A DNA stretch of 53,513 bases from Rhizobacter sp. (GCA_031396425.1 JANNKS010000051.1:1-53513); one strand, 5' to 3'. Numbered from the stretch's first letter, positions 1-9,430 are shown. A program made the numbers and translations. The notes: generated by a model not told the origin, from the sequence alone.

Positions 1-1482
1 GGCGGCGACGTGCGCGCGAACCCCAAGCTGAGCGGCACGAAGCACAACGTGTTCGGCATCCAGACCGGTGTGGCGATCAGCTTCTTCATCAAGCGGCACG
101 GCGCGGCGGCGAAGAAGGCCGGGTGTCGGGTGTTCTATTCGCGGCGGCCGGAGATGGAGACGGCGGAGGAGAAGCTGGCCTGGCTGGGCAGCACGCGGGC
201 GTCGGCGCTGGCCTTCGAGGAAGTGCGACCGGATCCGAAGGGGAACTGGCTGAATCTCACAAGCAATGACTTTGGTGAGTTGATGCCGGTCGCTTCGAAG
301 GAGGCGAAGGCCAGCAAGAGGGCGTCGCAGGACAAGGCGATCTTCAAGCTTTTCTCCCTCGGTGTAGTAACGAATCGCGATGACTGGGTCTACTCCGATG
401 ATGACGAAAGCCTGCTCGCGAAGGTAAGCAGTCTTGTTGCGACGTACAACGCGGACCTTCACCGTCTTGAGAAATTTCGCGGCAGCGAGAAGTTGGTGGA
501 CATGCTTGATGCGGGCATGAAGTGGACGCGAGCGGTGAAGAACGATCTCCGCCGCGGAACGGCTTATGTCGTTGATCCGAACGCTGTAACGGCGAGCTAC
601 TACCGCCCTTTCGTCAAGCGCAAGTTGTACTTCAGCCGGCAACTGAACGAGATGGTCTATCAGGTGCCCCAGCTATTTGGGCCGGAGGCTGGCCCGAATC
701 AAGCCATTTGCTTTGCGGCCGAAGAGCGCAGCGAATTTGGCGTCATCGCCTTTGATGTGGTGCCCAACAAAGACATCTTCATGCCGAGTGCAGTGCAGGT
801 GCTCGCGCTGTATCGCTACGAGTCCGGCACCCGCATCGACAACATCACCGACTGGGCCCTCGCCCAGTTCCAGAAGCGCTACCAGCCCGGCCGCGGCAAG
901 AAGACCGTGCAGATTACGAAAGAGGCGATCTTCCACTACGTCTACGCCGTACTGCACGACCCGGAGTACCGCGAGACCTACGCACAAAACCTGAAGCGCG
1001 AGTTCCCGCGCATTCCGCTCTACGGCGACAGCGAAGCCGCCTTCTGGTTATGGGCCGCGTGGGGCGAAGCCTTGATGGCGCTGCACATCGGATACGAGCA
1101 AGTGGCGCCGTTCGGGCTCACGCGCACCGACGTGCCCGACGCGAAAGTGCGTGCCGCCGGCCAGTCACCCAAGTGCGTCCTGAAGGCCGACAAGGGGGAC
1201 GGCAAGAGCAGCGGCCGCATCGTCATCGACAGCGAAACCACGCTCGCGGGCATTCCAGCGGAAGCCTGGCGCTACCAGCTCGGCAACCGCTGCGCGCTCG
1301 AATGGGTGCTCGACCAATACAAGGAAAAGAAGGCCAAGGACCAGACCATCCGCGAGAAGTTCGATACCTATCGCTTTGCCGACCACAAGGAAAAGGTGAT
1401 CCCCCTGCTGTTGCGCGTGACTACCGTGAGTGTGGAGACGGTGCGGATCGTCGAGGCGATGAGGGCACTGAAACGGCCGTGA
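1..1482 (+). CDS. Type ISP restriction-modification enzyme or related N6-adenine DNA methylase, C-terminal target-recognition region (5'-truncated by the window edge)
   Basis: Frame 1 is open from nt 1, with the stop at 1480-1482. The blocks 'NVFGIQTGVAISFF', 'VVTNRDDWVY', 'YYRPFVKRKLYF', 'IFHYVYAVLHDPEYRETYAQNLKREFPRIPL' and 'GNRCALEWVLDQY' are ones I recognise as the C-terminal specificity domain of LlaGI/LlaBIII-type enzymes. The helicase and methylase parts would lie upstream of the window. Confidence 0.7.
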   Translation, partial: GGDVRANPKLSGTKHNVFGIQTGVAISFFIKRHGAAAKKAGCRVFYSRRPEMETAEEKLAWLGSTRASALAFEEVRPDPKGNWLNLTSNDFGELMPVASKEAKASKRASQDKAIFKLFSLGVVTNRDDWVYSDDDESLLAKVSSLVATYNADLHRLEKFRGSEKLVDMLDAGMKWTRAVKNDLRRGTAYVVDPNAVTASYYRPFVKRKLYFSRQLNEMVYQVPQLFGPEAGPNQAICFAAEERSEFGVIAFDVVPNKDIFMPSAVQVLALYRYESGTRIDNITDWALAQFQKRYQPGRGKKTVQITKEAIFHYVYAVLHDPEYRETYAQNLKREFPRIPLYGDSEAAFWLWAAWGEALMALHIGYEQVAPFGLTRTDVPDAKVRAAGQSPKCVLKADKGDGKSSGRIVIDSETTLAGIPAEAWRYQLGNRCALEWVLDQYKEKKAKDQTIREKFDTYRFADHKEKVIPLLLRVTTVSVETVRIVEAMRALKRP

Positions 1483-1531
1483 GGCGAGTGAACTCCGGAC
1501 GGTTTTATAGGTTTATTAGTAGCTTTATGGA

Positions 1532-1564
1532 TTGGAGATAAACTGACTAATTACTGTATAAAAT
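1532..1564 (+). promoter_or_regulatory. Putative sigma70-like promoter in an AT-rich spacer upstream of the ATPase gene
   Basis: The 88-bp spacer (1483-1570) is strikingly AT-rich in a GC-rich genome. 'tgtataaaat' (1555-1564) resembles an extended -10 element, and 'ttggag' (1532-1537) is a weak -35. The -10 ends only 7-9 nt before the GTG start at 1571, and no Shine-Dalgarno sequence lies between them. Confidence 0.3.
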
Positions 1565-1570
1565 GGCGCC

Positions 1571-2767
1571 GTGAACCCCGTTCTCAACCCCTATTCGCCT
1601 GGTGCAGGCACACCGCCACCCGAACTGGCCGGCCGAGACGAATTGCGCGAACAGGTGCGGATCGCCATCGAGCGCGTGCGTCGGGGCTTGCCCACCAAGA
1701 GCGTGCTGATGGTCGGCTTGCGCGGCGTCGGCAAGACGGTGCTGCTCGATCGCATGCGTGACGATGCCGAAACCCGTGGTGTTCAGACCTTGCGAATTGA
1801 GGCGCCGGAGGGGCGCTCGCTCCCGGCATTGTTGGCTCCTCAGCTGCGGCAAGCGCTGCTGCGCTTGTCCCGCCAACAGCAAGCCAAGGAACTCGCTCAA
1901 CGCGGTTTGCGTGCGCTGGCGGGTTTTGCCAAGTCACTCAAGGTCAAGTACGACGACATCGAAGTAGGTTTCGACTTCGACCCCGAACCCGGCCTCGCGG
2001 ACAACGGTGACCTCGAGCATGACCTTCAAGCACTGCTCGAGGTCGTGGGCGGCGCGGCACAAAAAGCCGACACGGCCTTGGTGCTGTTCATCGACGAGAT
2101 GCAGTACGTCAAGGAAGACGAACTCGCCGCGTTGATCACCGCCTTGCACCGCTGCGCCCAGCGGCGTCTGCCCATCACGCTGATTGGGGCTGGTCTGCCG
2201 CAGTTGCCCGGCAAGATGGGCAGCGCCAAGTCCTACGCCGAACGGCTGTTCGAATTCCCCCAGGTGGGGCCGCTGAACGCGACGGCTGCGTATCACGCCA
2301 TCGTCAAGCCGGCCAAGCAGCACGGCGTTGATTGGACCGAGCAGGCGGTGGCACAGATCATCAACGAGACCAAAGGCTACCCGTACTTCCTCCAGGAGTG
2401 GGGGAAGCATGCGTGGGACAGCGCTGCCGCTTCACCCATTTCGTTGGAGGACGTTGGTACGGCGTCGGCGGCGGCGATCGCAGCGTTGGACGACAGCTTC
2501 TTCCGCGTGCGCTTCGACCGCCTGACGCCGGCGGAGAAGAAGTACCTGCGCGCGATGGCGGAGCTGGGGCCTGGCCCGCACCGCTCCGGCGACATCGCCG
2601 ACTGCCTGAAGCGCAAGGTCACGTCACTGGGTCCCACGCGCAGCCAGCTGATCGCCAAAGGAATGATCTGGAGCCCCAACCATGGCGACACCGCATTCAC
2701 CGTGCCGCTGTTCGATCAATTCATGCGGCGGACGATTGCCGACCCTGAATGGCAGCGGCTGTCCTGA
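1571..2767 (+). CDS. AAA+ ATPase (archaeal-ATPase/ORC-like 'ATPase_2' type) with a C-terminal winged-helix-like region
   Basis: 398-aa ORF with a GTG start; an in-frame TAA at 1559 prevents extension upstream. Walker A is '[11 protein letters not shown]' and Walker B is '[11 protein letters not shown]'. The N-terminal '[22 protein letters not shown]' is typical of this family. The C-terminal '[24 protein letters not shown]...SQLIAKGMI' looks like a wHTH. Confidence 0.75.
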   Translation: MNPVLNPYSPGAGTPPPELAGRDELREQVRIAIERVRRGLPTKSVLMVGLRGVGKTVLLDRMRDDAETRGVQTLRIEAPEGRSLPALLAPQLRQALLRLSRQQQAKELAQRGLRALAGFAKSLKVKYDDIEVGFDFDPEPGLADNGDLEHDLQALLEVVGGAAQKADTALVLFIDEMQYVKEDELAALITALHRCAQRRLPITLIGAGLPQLPGKMGSAKSYAERLFEFPQVGPLNATAAYHAIVKPAKQHGVDWTEQAVAQIINETKGYPYFLQEWGKHAWDSAAASPISLEDVGTASAAAIAALDDSFFRVRFDRLTPAEKKYLRAMAELGPGPHRSGDIADCLKRKVTSLGPTRSQLIAKGMIWSPNHGDTAFTVPLFDQFMRRTIADPEWQRLS

Positions 2768-5759
2768 TGCTGGATGCGAGCAACGGTGCCAGATACCGCC
2801 CGGTATGGCTCGCCGCATGGGCCGCCACCGCCTCCGGCGTGCCGCACACCACCACCTCGCCCCCGCCTGCACCGCCTTCCGGCCCCATGTCGACAATCCA
2901 GTCGGCGGTCTTGATCACGTCCAGGTTGTGCTCGATCACGACGATCGTGTTGCCGGCGTCGCGCAACTGGTGCAACACGCGCAGCAGCAGCGCGATGTCG
3001 GCGAAGTGCAAGCCCGTGGTCGGCTCGTCTAGGAGGTACAGCGTGCGGCCGGTGTCGCGCTTGGAGAGCTCCAGCGCAAGCTTGACGCGTTGCGCCTCGC
3101 CGCCCGACAGCGTGGTGGCGCTCTGGCCGAGCCGGATGTAGCCCAGGCCCACATCCAGCAGTGTTTGCAGTTTGCGCGCAATCGCCGGCACGGCGCTGAA
3201 AAATACATGGGCGTCTTCGACCGTGAGCGCCAGCACCTCGGTGATGTTCCTGCCCTTGTAGAGCACTTCGAGCGTCTCGCGGTTGTAACGCCGGCCATGG
3301 CAGACGTCGCACGGCACATAGACGTCGGGCAAAAAATGCATCTCGACCTTGATCACGCCGTCGCCCTGGCAGGCCTCGCAGCGCCCACCGGCGACGTTGA
3401 AGCTGAAGCGCCCCGGGCCGTAGCCTCGTTCCTTGGCGGTGTTCATCTCGGCAAACAGGTCGCGGATCGGTGAGAACAGGCCGGTGTAGGTGGCCGGGTT
3501 GCTGCGCGGCGTGCGGCCGATCGGACTCTGGTCGACGTTGATCACCTTGTCGAACGCGTCCAGGCCTTCGATGTCATCGCAGGGTTTGGCCTCGGCATGG
3601 CTGCTGTAGAGCTTGCGCGCCACGGTCGCATAGAGCGTGTCGTTCACGAGGGTGCTCTTGCCCGAGCCCGACACCCCGGTGACGCAGGTGAACAGGCCGA
3701 CGGGGATGTCGACCGTCACGCCCTTGAGGTTGTTGCCGCGCGCGTTGACGATGCGCATCACGGTGGGTTCAGCCTGGCTCGACAGCTTGCGGCGCACTTC
3801 AGGCACCGCAATGCGCAGCACTCGCGACAGGTAGCGCCCGGTCAGCGATTCGGCGCTGGCTGCCACTTCGCGCGGCGTGCCCTGCGCGATCACACGGCCG
3901 CCGTGCACCCCCGCACCCAGGCCCATGTCGATCACGTGGTCGGCCTGCAGGATCGCGTCTTCGTCGTGTTCGACCACGATCACCGAGTTGCCGATGTCAC
4001 GCAGGTGGCGCAGCGTGGCAATCAGGCGCTCGTTGTCGCGCTGGTGCAGACCGATGCTGGGCTCGTCGAGCACGTAGAGCACGCCGGTCAGGCCCGAGCC
4101 GATCTGCGAGGCCAGGCGAATGCGCTGCGCCTCGCCGCCCGACAGCGAATCAGCGCTGCGGTCCAGGCTCAGGTAGGTCAGGCCGACGTCGTTGAGGAAC
4201 CTCAGGCGCGAGCGGATTTCACGCAGGATCGGGCTGGCGATGTCGGCCTTCGCGCCTTGCAGTTTGAGCGTCTCGAAGTAGTCCAGGCATTCGCGCAGCG
4301 TGAAGTGTTCGACCTGAAAGATCGCCTGCAGGTCGCTTTGCGCCGCGTCGGCGAGGAACACGTGGCGCGCCTCGCGCCGCAGACGAGTGCCGTCGCAGTC
4401 CGGGCAGGGCCGCGCGGCCTGGTAGCGCGCCAGTTCTTCGCGCACTGCCGCCGAGTCGGTCTCGCGAAAGCGCCGCTCCAGATTGGGCAGAATGCCTTCG
4501 AACGGGTGCGAACGCTTCACGCTTCGCTTGCGGCCGCTTGGGCCTTCGGCTTCGTAGACGAATTCGATCGCCTCGTCGCCCGAGCCGCGCAGCAGCGCGT
4601 GCTGCGCCGTCTCGGGCAGGGTGTCGAACGGCGCGTCGATGTCGAAGCCGTAGTGACGCGCCACACTCTCGAGCATCGAGAAGGTGTAGGGGTTGCGCCG
4701 GTCCCAGCCCTTCACGGCGCCACTGGCCAGGCTCAGCGTGGGGAAAGCGACCACACGATCGGCGTCGAAAACGGTCGTCTGGCCCAGGCCGTCACAGGTG
4801 CCGCAGGCGCCCACCGGCGAATTGAACGAAAACAGACGTGGTTCGAGTTCAGCGAGCGAGTAGTTGCAGAGCGGGCAGGCGAATTTGCTCGAAAACAGGT
4901 GCTCGCGCGGCGCTGGCCTGGCAGCACTGGCGGCGTCTTTTCGGCTCGGATTCGCACCCCCTGCCGCGGCGGCGGCACCGACCGCATCGATCTCGGCGAC
5001 CACCGCGCGCCCATCGGCAATGCGCAGCGCCGCCTCGAAGCTTTCGGCGAGGCGTTGCTGCAGCCCGGGCTGAACCTTGAGGCGATCGATGACCACGTCG
5101 ATGTCGTGTTTTTCAGCCTTCTTGAGTTTGGGCAGGTCGGCAGCTTCGACCGATCGCCCATCGACCCGAAAGCGGATGAAACCCTGGCCCTGCATCTGCG
5201 CGAACAATTCGGCGAATTCACCCTTGCGGTCGCGCACCACCGGGGCCAGCACCATCAGGCGGGTACCTTCGGGCAATGCGAGCACGGCGTCGACCATCTG
5301 ACTCACACTCTGCGCCTGCAGGGGCAAACCGTGATCGGGGCAGTACGGCGTGCCGGCGCGGGCGAACAGCAAGCGCAGGTAGTCGTGGATCTCGGTGACC
5401 GTGCCCACCGTCGAGCGTGGGTTGTGCGAAGTGGCCTTTTGCTCGATCGAGATCGCCGGGCTCAGGCCCTCGATCGTGTCGACGTCGGGCTTGTCCATCA
5501 GCTGCAGGAACTGGCGCGCGTAGGCGCTCAGGCTCTCCACGTAGCGGCGCTGGCCCTCGGCGTACAGCGTGTCGAACGCGAGCGAACTCTTGCCCGAACC
5601 CGACAGGCCGGTGATCACGACCAGCCGGTTGCGCGGAATGTCGAGATCGATGTTCTTCAGGTTGTGGGTGCGCGCGCCGCGCACCCGGATGAATTGCGCG
5701 TCGCCGACGGCCGCCGCGGCTGGCGCGACAGCGGGTTTGACGGGGTCCGGTCCAGACAT
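2721..5759 (-). CDS. uvrA: Excinuclease ABC subunit A (UvrA)
   Basis: 1012-aa ORF collinear with UvrA. It has '[35 protein letters not shown]', the zinc-finger cysteines 'CPLCNYS...CGTCDGLG' and 'CEACQGDG...CDVCHGRRY', two ABC signatures 'LSGGEAQR', and the C-terminal '[11 protein letters not shown]'. Confidence 0.97.
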   Translation of the reverse strand: MSGPDPVKPAVAPAAAAVGDAQFIRVRGARTHNLKNIDLDIPRNRLVVITGLSGSGKSSLAFDTLYAEGQRRYVESLSAYARQFLQLMDKPDVDTIEGLSPAISIEQKATSHNPRSTVGTVTEIHDYLRLLFARAGTPYCPDHGLPLQAQSVSQMVDAVLALPEGTRLMVLAPVVRDRKGEFAELFAQMQGQGFIRFRVDGRSVEAADLPKLKKAEKHDIDVVIDRLKVQPGLQQRLAESFEAALRIADGRAVVAEIDAVGAAAAAGGANPSRKDAASAARPAPREHLFSSKFACPLCNYSLAELEPRLFSFNSPVGACGTCDGLGQTTVFDADRVVAFPTLSLASGAVKGWDRRNPYTFSMLESVARHYGFDIDAPFDTLPETAQHALLRGSGDEAIEFVYEAEGPSGRKRSVKRSHPFEGILPNLERRFRETDSAAVREELARYQAARPCPDCDGTRLRREARHVFLADAAQSDLQAIFQVEHFTLRECLDYFETLKLQGAKADIASPILREIRSRLRFLNDVGLTYLSLDRSADSLSGGEAQRIRLASQIGSGLTGVLYVLDEPSIGLHQRDNERLIATLRHLRDIGNSVIVVEHDEDAILQADHVIDMGLGAGVHGGRVIAQGTPREVAASAESLTGRYLSRVLRIAVPEVRRKLSSQAEPTVMRIVNARGNNLKGVTVDIPVGLFTCVTGVSGSGKSTLVNDTLYATVARKLYSSHAEAKPCDDIEGLDAFDKVINVDQSPIGRTPRSNPATYTGLFSPIRDLFAEMNTAKERGYGPGRFSFNVAGGRCEACQGDGVIKVEMHFLPDVYVPCDVCHGRRYNRETLEVLYKGRNITEVLALTVEDAHVFFSAVPAIARKLQTLLDVGLGYIRLGQSATTLSGGEAQRVKLALELSKRDTGRTLYLLDEPTTGLHFADIALLLRVLHQLRDAGNTIVVIEHNLDVIKTADWIVDMGPEGGAGGGEVVVCGTPEAVAAHAASHTGRYLAPLLASSIRTAAAIQGRQSSAA

Positions 5760-5920
5760 CGTGATGCGTTGGCCAAACCAATCATCATAACGACGCGTTG
5801 GTGTCTCGCCAGTGCCGGATGGCGTCGCAGTGCCTGTTCGCTGGTCGATTCGGCACCGCGGTTCGGGCCGCCGCTCAGCGCTTGCTGGTTTCCCCCGCGC
5901 GCGGCGGCTGCTTCAGCCGG

Positions 5921-6901
5921 CTAACCGGCGTCGCTGCCGAGTTGCGCCACCGGCACCGTGAAACTGCGGTCAATGCTGCCGTTGTTGCCGTCGTCGACCG
6001 CGATCGTCGCCGACGCCCCATTGATGCTGATCGTGATCGTGCGGCGCGGCAGCGTGATGACCCAGCTGCCCTGGTTCGGAACGCCATTGGCGTTGAAGCC
6101 GCCGTTCGTCGCCACATCGTAGCTGTAGCTCAGGTTCGGCAACACCGCGGACAGCGTGTGGCTGCCGTTGTAGCTGCTCGATTGCAATGCCCCCGAAACG
6201 TAGTTGGCCAGCCGCGTCAGGTTCACATTGCTGAGCGTGAAGTTGCCGGTGCGACCATTGAACTGCGTCGTCACCGCCAGGCTGGTGCTGCTCACCTGGG
6301 TGCCGACGGTGCTGTTGTTGCCGTTCACGCTGACGCTGCGCGCCACTGTGACGCTGCCGTTGAAGGTCACGCTGCCGCGCGGCAAGGTCACGGACAACGG
6401 GTTCGGTGTGCCGCTGGTGATGGTCACCGTCGCGCCATTCGCAGTCACCGTGCCCACCGTCATCGACAACACGCCATTCAGGGTCGGCGCGCCCGCTGCC
6501 CGTCGGCAGTTCGTGAAGGTCACGGCGTAGATCTCGCCGGTGTCGAGCTGGCCGTTCGCCTCTGCTTGCGGTGTCGCGCCGTTCACTGTCAACGAAGCGG
6601 TACCACCACCGCCACACTGCAAAGGGCCGACGGTGATCGCCTGCGCTTGCTCGCGGCCGGTCACTGCACTCTGGGGGGTGGCTGACGCAGACACCAGTTC
6701 GGTCGCCGTCAGCAGGGTGGCGTCGAGTGCGCTGGCAGCGTCGCTGCCCACCACGCTGGCATTCGCCGCGTAGCCGGCCGCCGTCTGATCGGTGAGTGTT
6801 TCGGCCGAGCCGGTGTCGCCGCCGCCGCCGCAAGCCAGCAACAACGACGCGCTGAGCAGGCTGAGCGCAAGGGACGGAGCGGTGGGGAAACGACGCGCCA
6901 T
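5921..6901 (-). CDS. Lipoprotein of unknown function, Thr/Ser/Asn/Gly/Val-rich and predicted all-beta
   Basis: I chose the internal ATG at 6901 (GGAG lies 8 nt upstream) rather than the 440-aa maximal ORF. The N-terminus 'MARRFPTAPSLALSLLSASLLLAC|GGGG' is a signal peptide with a lipobox. The rest is low-complexity beta-strand-like sequence ('TVTANGATVTITSG', 'SVTFNGSVTVARSVSVNG'). Confidence 0.7.
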   Translation of the reverse strand: MARRFPTAPSLALSLLSASLLLACGGGGDTGSAETLTDQTAAGYAANASVVGSDAASALDATLLTATELVSASATPQSAVTGREQAQAITVGPLQCGGGGTASLTVNGATPQAEANGQLDTGEIYAVTFTNCRRAAGAPTLNGVLSMTVGTVTANGATVTITSGTPNPLSVTLPRGSVTFNGSVTVARSVSVNGNNSTVGTQVSSTSLAVTTQFNGRTGNFTLSNVNLTRLANYVSGALQSSSYNGSHTLSAVLPNLSYSYDVATNGGFNANGVPNQGSWVITLPRRTITISINGASATIAVDDGNNGSIDRSFTVPVAQLGSDAG

Positions 6902-7115
6902 GATGAACTCCTTGGACCGGGCGGGAGCCAGCTGGACGGCGCCCGCGGATGCGGCAATCCGGCACTGTGCCTCTGAATCAGCGCGTCGGTGTGAACCGCA
7001 TGCACCGCTCTGTGACGGTGCGTTACAGCAGGGCGGTCCCTGCCGGCCCGATGTGAACTGCTGCACGCCCGGGTCCGATGGTCTGGGCTGGGGTGCCCCC
7101 GTAGAATCCGAGCCA

Positions 7116-8438
7116 ATGAAGATTCCGCGCTGGGCCGCCTTTTTGCTTTCGAGCCTGGGCGTCGCAAACGCGTTGGCCCAGGCCCCTGCGGCGGCCGACC
7201 CGCCCGGCGCCGCACCCGCTTCGGTGTCGCTGTCGGCACGCAAGGTTTACGAGCAGGCGCGCTCCCAGCTGGTGCAGATCCGCACCGTGCTGAAAGGCCG
7301 CGCCAGCCAGACTTCGGTGGGTTCGGGATTCTTCGTTTCCAACGACGGCCTGATCGTCACCAACTTCCACGTCGTCAGCGAAGCGGCGCTCAAGCCCGAC
7401 CGGCATGACCTGGTGTACGTCACCGCCGACGGCCGCGAGGCGCCGGTGCGCATCCTGCACATCGACGTGCTGCATGACCTGGCGCTGCTCAAGGCCGGCG
7501 ACGCGGCGAGCCGCGCGTTCGACGCCCTCACGTTTCGCGACGAGGCGCGCAGCCTCGCGCAGGGCGAGCGCATCTACTCGCTGGGCAACCCGCTCGACGT
7601 CGGCTTTGCCGTCACCGAGGGCAACTACAACGGCATGGTCAAGCGCAGCTTCTACCCACAGATCTTTTTCGGCGGCGCGCTCAGCGGTGGCATGAGCGGC
7701 GGACCGGCGCTCGACCAGGAAGGCCATGTGATCGGCGTGAACGTGGCGCGTCGCGTCGACGGCGAGCAGGTCAGTTTTCTGGTGCCGGCGACGTTCGCAT
7801 CGGCGCTGTTGCAGCGCGGCCGCAGCGCCGGGCCGTTGAAGACGCCGGCGCATGCGGTGGTGGAGGAGCAGCTGCTCGCGCATCAAGACCTTCTGACCGA
7901 GCGCTTCATCCAGCAGGGTTTCAAACCGGCCACGCACGCGCGCTACCGCGTTCCGGTGCCGGCCGACGGTTTCATGCGCTGCTGGGGCAGCAGCGAGCCG
8001 TCGCGCACCGGTGGCATGGACCTGGAGCGGTCGGACTGCGTGATGGACACACGCATCTTTGTCGGCGAGTTCAACACCGGCTCGCTGGCGGTTCGGCATG
8101 AGAGCTACGACGGCGGCAAGGTCGGCCCGCTGCGGTTCGCGGCGCGCCATTCCGCGAGTTTTCACAACGAATCGTTCGGCCGCCTGGGCGCTCAGCACCA
8201 GACCAAGCCGCAGTGTCATGAAGACTTCGTCGACCGCGGAGGTCTGGTGCTGCGCGCGGTGACCTGCCTGCGCGCCTACCGCAAGCTGGCGTCGCTGTAT
8301 GACGTGTCGGTGCTCGTGGCCACGCTCGACCAGGCGGATGCCGGCGTGCAGGGCCGCTTCGATGCGCAGGGCGTGAACTTCGCCAACGCGCTCAAACTCG
8401 CGCGCCACTATCTCGAGTCGTACGCATGGGTGCCCTAG
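7116..8438 (+). CDS. Secreted trypsin-like (S1/chymotrypsin-fold) serine peptidase with a ~200-aa Cys-containing C-terminal domain of unknown function
   Basis: Start at ATG 7116 gives the signal peptide 'MKIPRWAAFLLSSLGVANALAQA'. The catalytic triad contexts are 'VTNFHVV' (His), 'HDLALLK' (Asp) and 'GGMSGGPAL' (Ser). The C-terminal half has 4 Cys (CWGS, DCVMD, QCHED, TCLRA) and no motif I recognise. Confidence 0.8.
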   Translation: MKIPRWAAFLLSSLGVANALAQAPAAADPPGAAPASVSLSARKVYEQARSQLVQIRTVLKGRASQTSVGSGFFVSNDGLIVTNFHVVSEAALKPDRHDLVYVTADGREAPVRILHIDVLHDLALLKAGDAASRAFDALTFRDEARSLAQGERIYSLGNPLDVGFAVTEGNYNGMVKRSFYPQIFFGGALSGGMSGGPALDQEGHVIGVNVARRVDGEQVSFLVPATFASALLQRGRSAGPLKTPAHAVVEEQLLAHQDLLTERFIQQGFKPATHARYRVPVPADGFMRCWGSSEPSRTGGMDLERSDCVMDTRIFVGEFNTGSLAVRHESYDGGKVGPLRFAARHSASFHNESFGRLGAQHQTKPQCHEDFVDRGGLVLRAVTCLRAYRKLASLYDVSVLVATLDQADAGVQGRFDAQGVNFANALKLARHYLESYAWVP

Positions 8439-9430
8439 CGGTTCTCGAGGTGCTCGACCGCGAAGGTCAGGCGCGCCAGGCGGTGGTGGTGCGGCGCTGG
8501 CCATTGCGCGTCGGGCGCGCGCTCGACAACCACCTGGTGCTGGCCGACCCATATGTGGCCGCGCACCACTTTCGCATCGAGGCCGGCGAAAGCGGCCTGA
8601 AACTCACGGTCGACGAGACCGGCAACGGCGTGCAGATCGGCCGGCGCCGCCTGCACGCCACCGAGTTGCATGAATGGCCGGCCGACGCCGAGCCGCTGGA
8701 ACTGACTGCGGGGCGCACCCGCCTGCGCCTGCGTACCGCCACGCAGGTGGTGCCGGCCGAGCTGCCACTTGCCGGTCTGGCCACGCGCAACCGGCGCTTC
8801 GTCCCCACGCTGCTGGCCGGCGTGGTGCTGCTGGCGGCGATGATGTTCAACACCTACCTCGAAAGCGACCCCGATACCCAGGTGCGCGCCTACGCCGGGC
8901 TGCTGATGGCCGCGGTGGTGGTCACCGCGGTCTGGTGCGGTTTGTGGTCGCTGCTGTCCAAGACCTTCACCCGCCAGGCCCGGCTGGGCTGGCACCTGCG
9001 CGTATTCGTGTTTGCCGGCATCGCGCTGATGTTGACCGACTACCTGCCCAGGTTGCTCGCATTCAGCCTGTCGTGGCCCTGGCTGAGCAACTTCAGCTTC
9101 ATCGCCATCTATGCAGTGGCGGCTTCGGCGCTGTACTACCACCTGATCGGTGTGGAAGTGTCTCGGCCCCGGGTGGTGCGTGGCGCAGCGCTGGCGGGCG
9201 TGATCGTCGCGGTGGCGCTGACGATGTGGTTCAACGTGCAGCGCAGTGAACGCATCGGCGATGAGCTTTACATGAGCCACCTGTTCCCACCGGCGCTGCG
9301 CCTGGCGCGACCGGTGACCACCGAGCGTTATTTCGAAGGCGTTGCAGCGTTGCAGGAGTCGCTCGACGACAAGGCCAAACAGCCCACCCGGGGCGACCTG
9401 CTGGACAGCCAGGGTGGCGAAAACGACTGA
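8426..9430 (+). CDS. FHA-domain protein with about five transmembrane helices
   Basis: The N-terminal 'VVRRWPLRVGRALDNHLVLADPYVAAHHFRIE...GNGVQIGRRRL' is an FHA-like fold. Hydrophobic segments follow: 'LLAGVVLLAAMMF', 'LLMAAVVVTAVWCGLWSLL', 'VFVFAGIALMLTDYL', 'FSFIAIYAVAASALYY' and 'ALAGVIVAVALTMWF'. The ATG overlaps the protease stop by 13 nt. Confidence 0.75.
   Translation: MGALAVLEVLDREGQARQAVVVRRWPLRVGRALDNHLVLADPYVAAHHFRIEAGESGLKLTVDETGNGVQIGRRRLHATELHEWPADAEPLELTAGRTRLRLRTATQVVPAELPLAGLATRNRRFVPTLLAGVVLLAAMMFNTYLESDPDTQVRAYAGLLMAAVVVTAVWCGLWSLLSKTFTRQARLGWHLRVFVFAGIALMLTDYLPRLLAFSLSWPWLSNFSFIAIYAVAASALYYHLIGVEVSRPRVVRGAALAGVIVAVALTMWFNVQRSERIGDELYMSHLFPPALRLARPVTTERYFEGVAALQESLDDKAKQPTRGDLLDSQGGEND

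Noticed and set aside
5760-5920. I looked for an SOS (LexA) box of the CTGT-N8-ACAG type upstream of uvrA.
   Set aside because: Only a half-site-like 'ctgttcgctggtcg' without the ACAG partner is present, so no LexA operator can be supported from sequence.
3597-5924. A 775-aa ORF on the plus strand, antisense to uvrA.
   Set aside because: Its product is Arg/Ala/Gly/His-rich nonsense with no motifs. It lies fully inside a gene whose protein is unmistakably UvrA. Long stop-free antisense frames are expected at this G+C content.
6902-7243. N-terminal extensions of maximal ORFs, e.g. the 440-aa version of the lipoprotein ORF. The same applies to the protease (6792), the thioredoxin-fold protein (18853), DMT (19934), the exonuclease (30929), MFP (24141), RND (25333) and patatin (53117).
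   Set aside because: The extensions are Arg/Pro/Ala-rich and overlap neighbouring genes or promoters. Internal ATGs give canonical signal peptides or conserved N-termini, often with an SD sequence.
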